Positions 52,146 to 61,167 of a DNA stretch of 64,000 bases are shown here, piece after piece. Position 1 is the stretch's first letter. Every line of letters begins with the position of its first letter. The notes under the pieces were generated by a model. It worked only from the letters and a program-made list of their open reading frames with translations, did no database searches and was not told the origin of the DNA. The stretch is from the IMG/VR virus record IMGVR_UViG_3300045988_100160, positions 804 to 64,803 of that record, one strand, 5' to 3'. Source of the DNA: a virus. A program made the position numbers and the translations under genes.

Positions 52146-52750
52146 GCGTTTGCCCCTTTAAAACATCCTTCGATTGAGTTCATTAACCACTCATCGACTG
52201 CTTCATTGATTGCATCTTCGAGTTCTATACACCAATAGAAAACCTCGGTCTCTACAATATGTAGTGGCTCTTGGGGTTCTAATGGTGGCAATGGTTTTGC
52301 CTTGGGATTTTTCCGTGGTAACGGTTTCTCAAGATTTTTACCATATAATTTACCGCTAGAGGTTGTGTCCTTTCCATCTTGTTTTGGCGAATGAACAGTC
52401 TCTCCTTTGGCACGACCTGTGATTGCATTTCCATTAGCTGTCCTAGCGTTGTTGAACCATGAGGAGTTCATATAGTCTGAGACATCTGGGTTACCCATGT
52501 CTCCAATTTCTGTGCTACTATTGGTTACCATAAGTGAACCAGAGCCATACTCAAGGATAAAAGCACCAAGACCCTCAAAGTCTAAACCAAGTCTAACCAT
52601 GTTTTTGCTTGGTGTATATCTTCTAAGTGTTATGTCGTGAGCAGTATATTTGCCTTTGTCGTTCGCACTCCATTGTTGCTTGATGCGTTCAGTTAAAGCG
52701 AATAAATGGTCTTCGACAACCTTAGAGACAACATCTTGGATTGTTTCCAT
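52142..52750 (-). CDS. head-tail joining protein (by position)
   Basis: Synteny only. Confidence 0.4.
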   Translation of the reverse strand: METIQDVVSKVVEDHLFALTERIKQQWSANDKGKYTAHDITLRRYTPSKNMVRLGLDFEGLGAFILEYGSGSLMVTNSSTEIGDMGNPDVSDYMNSSWFNNARTANGNAITGRAKGETVHSPKQDGKDTTSSGKLYGKNLEKPLPRKNPKAKPLPPLEPQEPLHIVETEVFYWCIELEDAINEAVDEWLMNSIEGCFKGANA

Positions 52751-52752
52751 GG

Positions 52753-53340
52753 TTAGCCACGCTCATCTGGTGAGCACTGCACATACAAGAACGGAGCAAA
52801 ATCGAACTTGTTAATTGCATCAATTTGCAAGAACTGTCCATTGATTTCTATTCTGTCCAATAGTGCAACTTCTGTATCTTTGGGTAAAATAAAACGCTTG
52901 GTTGTAGTCGGTAGCAAGCCATAGTCGAACATATGCATTTTGGCAGAAACATCTTCGTATACACACTTTAAGTCTTTTACTTTTTGTGTAGCGGTGGTGC
53001 CTGCCGTGTTACCATATTCGTCTAATTGATTGTCAACACTATAGATATTTACTGTGGTATTTGTTGTATAAAACTCACCTTTATCTCCATTAAATGAGTT
53101 TGTTTTTGCGACCAAGAACAACGTATCGCCATTCTTGCGTTCGCAGATGTCTCCACACTCAAGTGCAGAGTCAGACATTAGATTTCCCCATCTGACATTA
53201 TTCACAAGAAACCGTTTAGTACCACGACCGATACGAGTAAATAACACAAACTCAGGTTTCTTGCCATCACATTTAACAGTCTCTCTCCATGATGCGAACA
53301 TCCGAGTACAGTCAAACTTCGGTGTATACTTTTCTTTCAT
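52753..53340 (-). CDS. head-tail joining / head closure protein (by position)
   Basis: Synteny only. Confidence 0.35.
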   Translation of the reverse strand: MKEKYTPKFDCTRMFASWRETVKCDGKKPEFVLFTRIGRGTKRFLVNNVRWGNLMSDSALECGDICERKNGDTLFLVAKTNSFNGDKGEFYTTNTTVNIYSVDNQLDEYGNTAGTTATQKVKDLKCVYEDVSAKMHMFDYGLLPTTTKRFILPKDTEVALLDRIEINGQFLQIDAINKFDFAPFLYVQCSPDERG

Positions 53341-53352
53341 ATAACACCTCCG

Positions 53353-53925
53353 TTAAAATCTGTAGCGAGACAATAGAGACTTAATCTCGTTCGTAAACAA
53401 ATTAGGGTCAGCAAGGGAAAATCTAGCATCAAGTGTAGTCATTGAGTCTAATGCAGTAAAGGTAGATACTTGAGATATATTCATGGCAAGCATGGCACAT
53501 GCAGTTTTTACTTCTTCTGGGATTTCATCAAATCCATATTTGTATGTGACCTTGTAATATCTTGCACCACGTAAGAAGATTTTTGAGTATGACATTCTGT
53601 CGTTACTATTCAATAAGTAAACGTATTTACTGCCGTCAAAGTCATACAGATAGGGTTCTATTTCAACACCGACTTCACTAATATCTCGTGTATGAATACC
53701 TTGGATAGACTCAATATCTATCACAGGGTCATTTTTAAGAATAAGAACGCCTTTGCGGTTTGGATGAACCACTTCGGTTGTCACATTGGATGAAAACTTG
53801 GATTTACCGTTGTTCGTTCCAACGTAGGCATCAATCATTGTCGATGCGAAACGAACATGAGTCTCATCAAAAGGAATGATTGAACCGTATTCGTCAATCT
53901 CATTTTGTTCTAAGTACATCGACAT
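53353..53925 (-). CDS. head-tail connector/adaptor (by position)
   Basis: Synteny only. ACAGGAGA RBS. Confidence 0.4.
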   Translation of the reverse strand: MSMYLEQNEIDEYGSIIPFDETHVRFASTMIDAYVGTNNGKSKFSSNVTTEVVHPNRKGVLILKNDPVIDIESIQGIHTRDISEVGVEIEPYLYDFDGSKYVYLLNSNDRMSYSKIFLRGARYYKVTYKYGFDEIPEEVKTACAMLAMNISQVSTFTALDSMTTLDARFSLADPNLFTNEIKSLLSRYRF

Positions 53926-53938
53926 ATTGACTCTCCTG

Positions 53939-54148
53939 TTATTCAGCTTCCGTTTCTTCTTTTTCTTTAGACTGTTTTGTGTCTAAGGGTTTAACAACTT
54001 TGCCAGATTTTTTATCCACAGGTTCTAATACAGCTTCATTTAAAGCGTATTCTTCCTCGGACACCTCAAAGCGACCGTTGTCAGATTCAATGATGCGACC
54101 ACATAAATAAATACGTTTTGCATCACTATCTTTTAATGTTACTAGCAT
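53939..54148 (-). CDS. small protein with K/E-rich tail
   Basis: Trimmed to ATG 54148 after GGAGAtacat. Confidence 0.45.
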   Translation of the reverse strand: MLVTLKDSDAKRIYLCGRIIESDNGRFEVSEEEYALNEAVLEPVDKKSGKVVKPLDTKQSKEKEETEAE

Positions 54149-54174
54149 ATGTATCTCCATTCGGTTAAAACATT

Positions 54175-54194
54175 GGGGTGTCAAAAGACACCCC
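54175..54194 (-). terminator. hairpin after the major capsid gene
   Basis: ggggtgtc-aaaa-gacacccc. Confidence 0.65.
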
Positions 54195-54221
54195 TGTGAT
54201 TAATCGTTTGAATTAGGCGTA

Positions 54222-55244
54222 TTACGCTTCAACAAAATCAACTTTGAAGTGAGCACCTGCATCTGCACCTTTGGCAACAACTGCATCAAACAATACTGCA
54301 ACATACTCGTCAAGCAAGTCTTTAGTGTCACCCATTTTGAATACACGAGCTTCGGAATCGCCAACCCAATGACGTTCAATTAAGTTTTCGTTTACAACAT
54401 ACAATGTATGTTTTTTATTGGATGGGTCATATGGGATATAGTTATCTGGGATTAATGGCAAGTAGCCAGCTTGAGTACGGATAGTATTTACGATGAAACC
54501 ATTGCCTAAATCAACTTTATCAGCAGATTGGTCTACACTAAAGTTAGGACGGCGAAGCTCTGCACGACTTAAGTAATCAATAGTCAATGGGTTCGCATAG
54601 ATAGCTGTAGGCATACCTACGAACTTAGTAGATGCCAAGTTTTGAGCCATTTTAGTACGAATAGTATCTGTTACAAAGTCGCCAGAAGCTGTTGCAAAAC
54701 TGTAAGGGTTAGCCACAGTTACAGAGTCTGTAATTTGTGTTGCCAAACCACAGTATTCAGTAGCAGTAGAGTCTTCTGTAGAAGTTGCATCACCTGTCCA
54801 AATACCCTTGTTAGATGTTTGGTATAAATCCACAAGCATATCAGCCATGTCTTTGTTCAACATTTGTTTAGCCAATTCATCGCCTTGTTGAGCAACAATA
54901 TCTTGATCAAATAAAGAATATTTAATACCAGAAGTGATTGCTTTAATAAACAACGCACGTTCTTTACGACCGTAGTCTTCATCGTAAGCACCTGTAACAC
55001 CGTATTTACCAGAGTCACCTGTACGTGCATCTACGAATTTTGCGTTGTGTGCAATCTTAGTTTGTTCCCAGTAGCGAGATGGATGACCTGTCGCCATTAC
55101 GGATTTGATACGGTCACGAATTGTCACTTGACGGTTTAACAAGTCAAGCATGTCTTTTTGGAACTTAGGAAGTTCGATGTAGTGAGATTGATTGTAATCT
55201 GCAACTGCTGCCGCAGAAATAAAACCTGTTTTAGTTACTGCCAT
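54222..55244 (-). CDS. major capsid protein
   Basis: 340 aa. Lies after the scaffold gene, with a strong RBS and a terminator downstream. The fold family was not determined. Confidence 0.75.
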   Translation of the reverse strand: MAVTKTGFISAAAVADYNQSHYIELPKFQKDMLDLLNRQVTIRDRIKSVMATGHPSRYWEQTKIAHNAKFVDARTGDSGKYGVTGAYDEDYGRKERALFIKAITSGIKYSLFDQDIVAQQGDELAKQMLNKDMADMLVDLYQTSNKGIWTGDATSTEDSTATEYCGLATQITDSVTVANPYSFATASGDFVTDTIRTKMAQNLASTKFVGMPTAIYANPLTIDYLSRAELRRPNFSVDQSADKVDLGNGFIVNTIRTQAGYLPLIPDNYIPYDPSNKKHTLYVVNENLIERHWVGDSEARVFKMGDTKDLLDEYVAVLFDAVVAKGADAGAHFKVDFVEA

Positions 55245-55291
55245 ATTATGTAGTCTCCTGTTATAAATAGTTTACCAATAGTGTTTCTGTA

Positions 55292-56194
55292 TTATAATAC
55301 AGAGCTAACCATATCTGCGAAGTCTGTGAATTTTTCTTTCTTACCAGCTTCAAGTTTTGCTTTTGTTTCAAGATTTTTAACATCAGAAACAATAGGTGTT
55401 TCTTTTGCGGATGCTTCGATTTCTGCATCTTTGTCAGCAACAGCTTTTTCTAATTCAGCAATTTTCGCATCTTTTTCAGCGATTGTTGCATCTTTAGCAG
55501 AACATTCAGTAGTCAAACGTTCAACCTCTGCTTTTGTAGTTGCCAATTCTTGAGCTTCAACTTTTGCTTGTTCAGCTTTTGCATTAGCTTCTAATTGAGC
55601 CTTGATTGTTTCTTCAATAAGGTTTTGAATTTCTTGTTTTTCCATTTGTTTTCCTTTCGCTGCTTTTGCAGCAATTTCAGCAATATAAGTGTTTTGGTAT
55701 GCGGCTGCGTTTTTAAACAACATTGCAACACCAGTAAATTCGACATCTGCCATTTCAATATAGTCTTCGTGTTCTCGAAGATTAAACATGGCTTCCACGG
55801 AGAACCCAAGGGAGTCAACGGTCTTTTTAATGAAGTCCGCAATATCTGGGAAATCATTTTTATACATGATGCCTGTAAACTTTAGCTCATCACCATCGAC
55901 CCAACACTTTTCGACAACACCAATTTTATTTCTTTGATTGTGAGTAGTCATAAGTTCATCTGGAAATAACCATGGGTCATAATCACAATTAATACCCATA
56001 AGGTTCATTGTAGATGCACATTTTCTAGCTTCATCCGAAGATAATACCACTGGTCTGTCAACACCATTAGGCGTGTAATCAGACGGTGTGTTCAAAAACA
56101 TACAAGTTCCTGTAAAACGCATTGCATTGGGGTGTAAATTATCAAGAGTTACACTAATTGCATTAGCTTGCAAGAATACCTTTTGCTTATTCAC
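55292..56194 (-). CDS. scaffolding protein, possibly a protease-scaffold fusion
   Basis: The C-terminal half is an A/K/E coiled coil (AKAEQAKVEAQELATTKAEVERL...). Lies between the portal and capsid genes. Confidence 0.55.
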   Translation of the reverse strand: MNKQKVFLQANAISVTLDNLHPNAMRFTGTCMFLNTPSDYTPNGVDRPVVLSSDEARKCASTMNLMGINCDYDPWLFPDELMTTHNQRNKIGVVEKCWVDGDELKFTGIMYKNDFPDIADFIKKTVDSLGFSVEAMFNLREHEDYIEMADVEFTGVAMLFKNAAAYQNTYIAEIAAKAAKGKQMEKQEIQNLIEETIKAQLEANAKAEQAKVEAQELATTKAEVERLTTECSAKDATIAEKDAKIAELEKAVADKDAEIEASAKETPIVSDVKNLETKAKLEAGKKEKFTDFADMVSSVL

Positions 56195-57491
56195 TATCTG
56201 TCTCTCCTTTCTCCGTAGATTTCTCTAAAGGAACATCTTGTGGGGTGGATGTCACTCGTTGTTCAATTAGAGATGATTTATATTCATCGAGCAATTGATT
56301 GCCCTTTTGAATATCAGGGAGTTCAATACCAAGAACGCCATTTAGTTCTTGACGAGCCTCGTTGATTGTGATAACATTACCATCAACAAGTTTTCTAACT
56401 CGTTCAACGGCATCAGCTTGTTGAGCTTTAGTAGGAGTAAACACAAAACGGAACTCGATTTTGCCACCATATCCAAGTCTATCTACGACATACTTATTGA
56501 TGGCACGTTCAAATATCTTCGCCCATGGCTTAATTGTATATTCCAACATCTCGTTGTCTTTTTCAGATGATGTAGAACGGTCATTTGAGATAGCAACCCC
56601 AAGTCGTTCTGGTGGAATATTAAAGCATGTGGCAATGATTTGTAGTAATAACTTTTGCCAATTTAGAGATGCTGACTCGTCACCAATTGGAGATACTTGT
56701 TTTGCATCTAATTGCGTTGTACCAACAATCGCAACAGCGGATTGACCTTGGATTTCACTTTCGATGTAAACTCGAACTTTCTCGATTTCTTCTTGGGATG
56801 CGTTTGCACCAAGATTAATCAAATACTTTGGCATCGCATTAGAGGAAATATCGTTTGCATACTCTTGTACCTCAGACAGATACTTGATATGCCTGTATGC
56901 TTGCTCTAATGGAGAATAACCAAATTCATCATAGGTCAATTTCGTGCGTTGTAACATTGCGATTTTGTCACATTTATACCACTCTTGAACACCATTGGCG
57001 TTCTGCATGTATCTTGGTTGGTTTAAATCACCAGACCAATTTGTGACAACTTCGATTGTTTGAGCATCAATAGGGAACAAATATAAAGGTCTGTCACGCT
57101 TGACAACCTTTTGTTCAAAAAATGCTAGGTCTAACACAATTAAATCTTCAAATAGTTTACCAATGAAATCGTAGTAGTCGTCCACAGGATTAGGTTGTTT
57201 GATGATTTCGGTTACTTTACGAATTGCTTTTTTATTTTCATTATCATCAATCGAAACAACCTCCCATGGCAATGCTAGGATGCCCTCTCGTATCTGATTA
57301 ATAGCACTTCTAGCGATAGGTGTTTTTGCCATGTTTCGTAACGCATCGACACTCAACTTAGTTTCCGTGTTTTTGCGTTTCTTATTACCCCAACGACCAA
57401 ACCATGTTTGTGTGACATTGGCAATAGTATCTCGTGTAACGAAAGCACTCATCCATGCGTAAATTTTTTCTCGTAGGTTCATCGTTTCCAA
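56187..57491 (-). CDS. portal protein
   Basis: 434 aa, immediately downstream of the large terminase and overlapping it. Confidence 0.75.
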   Translation of the reverse strand: METMNLREKIYAWMSAFVTRDTIANVTQTWFGRWGNKKRKNTETKLSVDALRNMAKTPIARSAINQIREGILALPWEVVSIDDNENKKAIRKVTEIIKQPNPVDDYYDFIGKLFEDLIVLDLAFFEQKVVKRDRPLYLFPIDAQTIEVVTNWSGDLNQPRYMQNANGVQEWYKCDKIAMLQRTKLTYDEFGYSPLEQAYRHIKYLSEVQEYANDISSNAMPKYLINLGANASQEEIEKVRVYIESEIQGQSAVAIVGTTQLDAKQVSPIGDESASLNWQKLLLQIIATCFNIPPERLGVAISNDRSTSSEKDNEMLEYTIKPWAKIFERAINKYVVDRLGYGGKIEFRFVFTPTKAQQADAVERVRKLVDGNVITINEARQELNGVLGIELPDIQKGNQLLDEYKSSLIEQRVTSTPQDVPLEKSTEKGETDSE

Positions 57492-59167
57492 CCTTTCATG
57501 AATGATAGTGTGTCCATTCGTTTCTTACGAATTGTACCCATCGCACCAACATTGATAGTCGATGAGTTTTCTAAGAATTTAGATATACACCGTTCCAAAC
57601 AGTCAGGTGCATCATCGTGGTCTTTCGGAAAGTTCTTAAGTTGACTTTCGAGAACACGATGGTTTTTGTTAAACTTGATGTACCCCTGTTTTATCTTCGG
57701 TGCAAGCGAGCGTATTCGAGTACCCTTGTTGTCGCTCGCTGTACTACGAGCAGAAATCCAGTTTACATACAGACCCATATCAATAGCAGTCTGTTGTAAT
57801 GTCTTCGAGAAGAACTCTTGGAATACGTTTTCTTCTACAATGAAACCGTCTAAACGACCATTGTATTTGTCGAGATACAACAGTATATCATTAATAATAA
57901 TATCTGGTGACCTGCGTTCAATGTCGGCTTCCAATACATATAAGTAGTTATCTACGCCACGACCGACGAATATAATCGCAGAATAATCAGATGTCCGTGA
58001 CTTACCCATTGATAAATCGACAGATGCATATATCTGCTTCATCTTAGGTAAGTTCGTTTCGTTATAATAGTTAGCCTTAATCCACGACTCTTTAAATACT
58101 CGGCTTGCTTCGGTCATAGGATTGTTTTGATACTCGGAGTTAAATGCTTCATCATCTTGCATACGCAAAATCATGAGTTCTTGATACCAGTTATCACGAG
58201 ACAATCTCATTTTCTCTTCGTATGAACAATTAAGGTGTTCGAACAAACCAAAGTTACGACCCTCCCACATTATTTTGACACCGTCCATCATTTCATCTCG
58301 ATGTTCTTCAAAATAATCAGATGCGTTCTTTGCCGCATCTGGGTCGGACAAGTCATTAAAGATTTCTTCCCATACAGTCCAACAAGGACTTTCGGAAAAC
58401 GTGTATACGGCTTTATATGTTGCACGGTTCCAGTTGTTAAACTTGGAGTCGGTCAACACTTTATATAGTAATGATTCATAATGCAACACCGAACCAACAT
58501 ATAAAAATACAGTTCGAGGATTGCCAATCGGCATCAATACTTTCATGAACCAATCATATAATTTCTTACGTTGGTTTTCTGTTTCTACTGCTTCGTCATT
58601 CTCAAGGTCGTCTAAGATAACAACTTCTGGTCGAATATTGTTATAACTTGAACCACGTAAGGATTGACCGCTTGACTTTGCAAACACTTGAATTTTGTTT
58701 TTTGTAACAATCTTGTCGCTCGCCCATGTCTTATCACCTTTAAGAAGACCAAAGTCTTTTTTCAAACGTTCATTGTCTTCAAGTTCGTCTTTTATCGTTT
58801 GAATGAACTCTTTGGCTTGTTCAAAGGTATCAGATATAATCAGTATGTTCTTACGATAACCATACACGATTAACCATATAGGGAACACGACCGAGATAAT
58901 ACGGCTCTTGCCGTGACCTCGTGGTGCCGCACGAACAAACTTGTTATGCAAGTTGTCAAAGTGCAGTATCATATTTTCTGCATCCCTAAACATCGAATGA
59001 TGAAAGTCGCAGAATGGAGTAGAGAATATATGGGGAAAATATGTCTTAGCGAAATGTTCCAAGTTTGTAGCACCAATATCTTTGTCAGTTGGTGTGTTAT
59101 CACTTGGCTCTGTTGTCGCTCGAGATGCCCCTAGTAGCGTGTCTAAAATGTTTTCAGCCATTAACAC
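57479..59167 (-). CDS. terL: terminase large subunit
   Basis: Walker A-like APRGHGKS, Walker B VVILDDLEND, and C-terminal nuclease motifs including HDDAPDCLE. Confidence 0.9.
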   Translation of the reverse strand: MLMAENILDTLLGASRATTEPSDNTPTDKDIGATNLEHFAKTYFPHIFSTPFCDFHHSMFRDAENMILHFDNLHNKFVRAAPRGHGKSRIISVVFPIWLIVYGYRKNILIISDTFEQAKEFIQTIKDELEDNERLKKDFGLLKGDKTWASDKIVTKNKIQVFAKSSGQSLRGSSYNNIRPEVVILDDLENDEAVETENQRKKLYDWFMKVLMPIGNPRTVFLYVGSVLHYESLLYKVLTDSKFNNWNRATYKAVYTFSESPCWTVWEEIFNDLSDPDAAKNASDYFEEHRDEMMDGVKIMWEGRNFGLFEHLNCSYEEKMRLSRDNWYQELMILRMQDDEAFNSEYQNNPMTEASRVFKESWIKANYYNETNLPKMKQIYASVDLSMGKSRTSDYSAIIFVGRGVDNYLYVLEADIERRSPDIIINDILLYLDKYNGRLDGFIVEENVFQEFFSKTLQQTAIDMGLYVNWISARSTASDNKGTRIRSLAPKIKQGYIKFNKNHRVLESQLKNFPKDHDDAPDCLERCISKFLENSSTINVGAMGTIRKKRMDTLSFMKGWKR

Positions 59168-59188
59168 ACCTCCTTACAGAAAATTCGT

Positions 59189-59227
59189 TCTCTATATATA
59201 GTATAAAACACTTTAATTTTGTAACAC
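59189..59227 (-). promoter_or_regulatory. 38-nt conserved late-promoter-like element, copy 1, 22 nt upstream of terL
   Basis: On the minus strand it reads GTGTTACAAAATTAAAGTGTTTTATACTATATATAGAG, followed by the TAAGGAGG RBS. Confidence 0.55.
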
Positions 59228-59246
59228 TTTTTTTTGAGAAAAACTA

Positions 59247-59855
59247 TCAATTTTGTTGAATTTTTGCATAATTTGCCAATAAAATCTTATTATCTTTCAT
59301 CTGTTCACGCACTTTATTCGCCAAAACAGGGTCTTCTTTATTAATAATATCCATAATTTCAACGATAATAGAGTTCATAGCTTGGAATGTATAAATTTTC
59401 TCTGCGACTGTTTGCATGTCCTTTAGGATAGATTGTTTTCTTGCGATATATTTCTCTTGGTCTAACATTAAGTCTTTCATACGCTTGTAAATAACATCGG
59501 CATCCGAATAACCAGTCGCCTGTTGACATTGTAAGTCGTCAATAAAGAGTTGTATCATTTCGATTTGTGTTTCAACCATATCAAGTAAGTTCTTTTGTTG
59601 GTTATAGGTGTTAACAACTTCGGTTTCTTCCGATGGTTGCATCTCTTGGACTAAATTTGTGCGACACCAATCACCGACCATCTTAGGTGTAATTAAGATA
59701 TTCTGTAGTTCGCCCTTATGTTCTTTATTCAATTGTCGTGCGATGGCTGTGTATGACTTACCAGCGTTTCGCCAATCGGTTACATAGTCGCCGAGACCAA
59801 AAAAGTCAATGCGGTTCTCATAACCTTTCTTACGTTTTAATGCGACTTCATTCAT
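59247..59855 (-). CDS. terminase small subunit-like protein
   Basis: Lies upstream of terL. N-terminal HTH-like KSYTAIARQLN. Confidence 0.5.
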   Translation of the reverse strand: MNEVALKRKKGYENRIDFFGLGDYVTDWRNAGKSYTAIARQLNKEHKGELQNILITPKMVGDWCRTNLVQEMQPSEETEVVNTYNQQKNLLDMVETQIEMIQLFIDDLQCQQATGYSDADVIYKRMKDLMLDQEKYIARKQSILKDMQTVAEKIYTFQAMNSIIVEIMDIINKEDPVLANKVREQMKDNKILLANYAKIQQN

Positions 59856-59890
59856 AATGTCAGATTCTCCAAAAATATTTCAAAAAGTTG

Positions 59891-59919
59891 TTGACACGAT
59901 ATATTTCATCATGTATTAT
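59891..59919 (+). promoter_or_regulatory. promoter TTGACA-17-TATTAT for the recombinase cassette
   Basis: -35 at 59891-59896 and -10 at 59914-59919. Confidence 0.75.
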
Positions 59920-59957
59920 ATAAGTAGAAACAGGAAACATACAGGAGGAAATAAATC

Positions 59958-60488
59958 ATGGCTAATACAACAGAACCAATCAGAAATTTATCCAAAGTCC
60001 AAGAAATGAAACAAGCACTTGGCAACGACCGAGACAAAATGTTATTCACCCTTGGTATTAACTCTGGTCTCCGCATCAGCGACCTAGTAGGGTTGACCGT
60101 AGATGATGTTAAACCAGAGATGGAATTGTATGAACAAAAAACAGGTAAGTTTAAACGGTTCATGTTATCCAAAGAAGTGTACGCATTGTTATGCGAATAC
60201 GCAAGCCGATGCAAGCATTGGCTGTTCCCAAGTCGCTCTGGTGACGGTCATATCTCAACTGTACAAGCGTGGAGAAAAATCAAGGCTGCATCCGTGAAAT
60301 GCGGTTTAGATAACATCGGTACACACTCTATGCGTAAAACCTTTGGGTATCACGCATACCGCAAGGGTGTACCAATTGCATACCTTATGCAAGTCTTTAA
60401 TCACTCCTCGGAAGCAATCACAATGCGATACATTGGTATCACAACCGAGGAATTAAATACTAAAGTTTATGCCATTATGGCTTTATAA
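59958..60488 (+). CDS. tyrosine recombinase, catalytic domain only (176 aa)
   Basis: Catalytic R (GLRISD), HSMRKT (HxxR), NHSS (H) and MRYIG (Y) are present. There is no N-terminal core-binding domain. Confidence 0.8.
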   Translation: MANTTEPIRNLSKVQEMKQALGNDRDKMLFTLGINSGLRISDLVGLTVDDVKPEMELYEQKTGKFKRFMLSKEVYALLCEYASRCKHWLFPSRSGDGHISTVQAWRKIKAASVKCGLDNIGTHSMRKTFGYHAYRKGVPIAYLMQVFNHSSEAITMRYIGITTEELNTKVYAIMAL

Positions 60489-60503
60489 CAGGAGGAGAAA
60501 CTT

Positions 60504-60758
60504 ATGATTGCAACTATTTTAATTCTATTATTGGTTACAGCAGTTAGTCTTGCGATTGCTTTGGTAGTCGGATGGTTGACATCGCCACGAACAGCAGGGT
60601 TCTTATATATTATTGTCGCTGGCATGTTTGGTGCATCCACTATTAGTAATATCTTAGATGGTACTGTAAGATTTGGTGACTCTTGGTTATCTTTTGCAAT
60701 TTGTGCAATCTTTATTTATATCGGATTGCGATTCATTGCCGAGTTCCCAGAGTATTAA
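60504..60758 (+). CDS. small integral membrane protein
   Basis: Track ORF with an ACAGGAGG RBS and 2-3 TM segments. Confidence 0.55.
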   Translation: MIATILILLLVTAVSLAIALVVGWLTSPRTAGFLYIIVAGMFGASTISNILDGTVRFGDSWLSFAICAIFIYIGLRFIAEFPEY

Positions 60759-60775
60759 TCACAAAGCAATCAACA

Positions 60776-60821
60776 GGGCATACATAAGTTTATATCTTAT
60801 GATATATTCTTATGTATGCCC
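60776..60821 (+). terminator. 13-bp-stem terminator (bidirectional)
   Basis: gggcatacataag ... cttatgtatgccc followed by tgtttgtgttt. Confidence 0.75.
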
Positions 60822-61129
60822 TGTTTGTGTTTCTTGGGGTTGAGTCTGTATGTCTCACCTGTATGTTGTTCTGTAGGCTCATAGGTTAGGTCTCAAACAT
60901 AATATCTGACTATAAAGCAAACACGTTAGTGTTTATTGTCGAAGACAATCCTATAGGTATATACTTATGTATTCTTTAGAGTATTCTTGTTTAGATTGCT
61001 TCGCAATACTCCTTACGGAGTGTCTTTCAAGTCGGTTTCTTAAGTTTGGGGCAAAACCCTTTTTCAAAAGCTGTTTCTTAAAACTCTTTCAAGAAAACCA
61101 TCGCTTTAAAACCTATAAGTGAAAACTCT

Positions 61130-61167
61130 CTCTATATATAGGGTAAAACACTTGATTTTTGTAACAC
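61130..61167 (-). promoter_or_regulatory. 38-nt conserved late-promoter-like element, copy 2 (orphan)
   Basis: On the minus strand it reads GTGTTACAAAAATCAAGTGTTTTACCCTATATATAGAG. It points toward the 60776-60821 terminator and the antisense side of the recombinase cassette. Confidence 0.5.

Noticed and set aside
59856-59957. Minus-strand promoter for the terS-like gene in the divergent region
   Set aside because: A TATAAT is present, but the best -35 at 17 nt is TGTATG. That is too weak to annotate.
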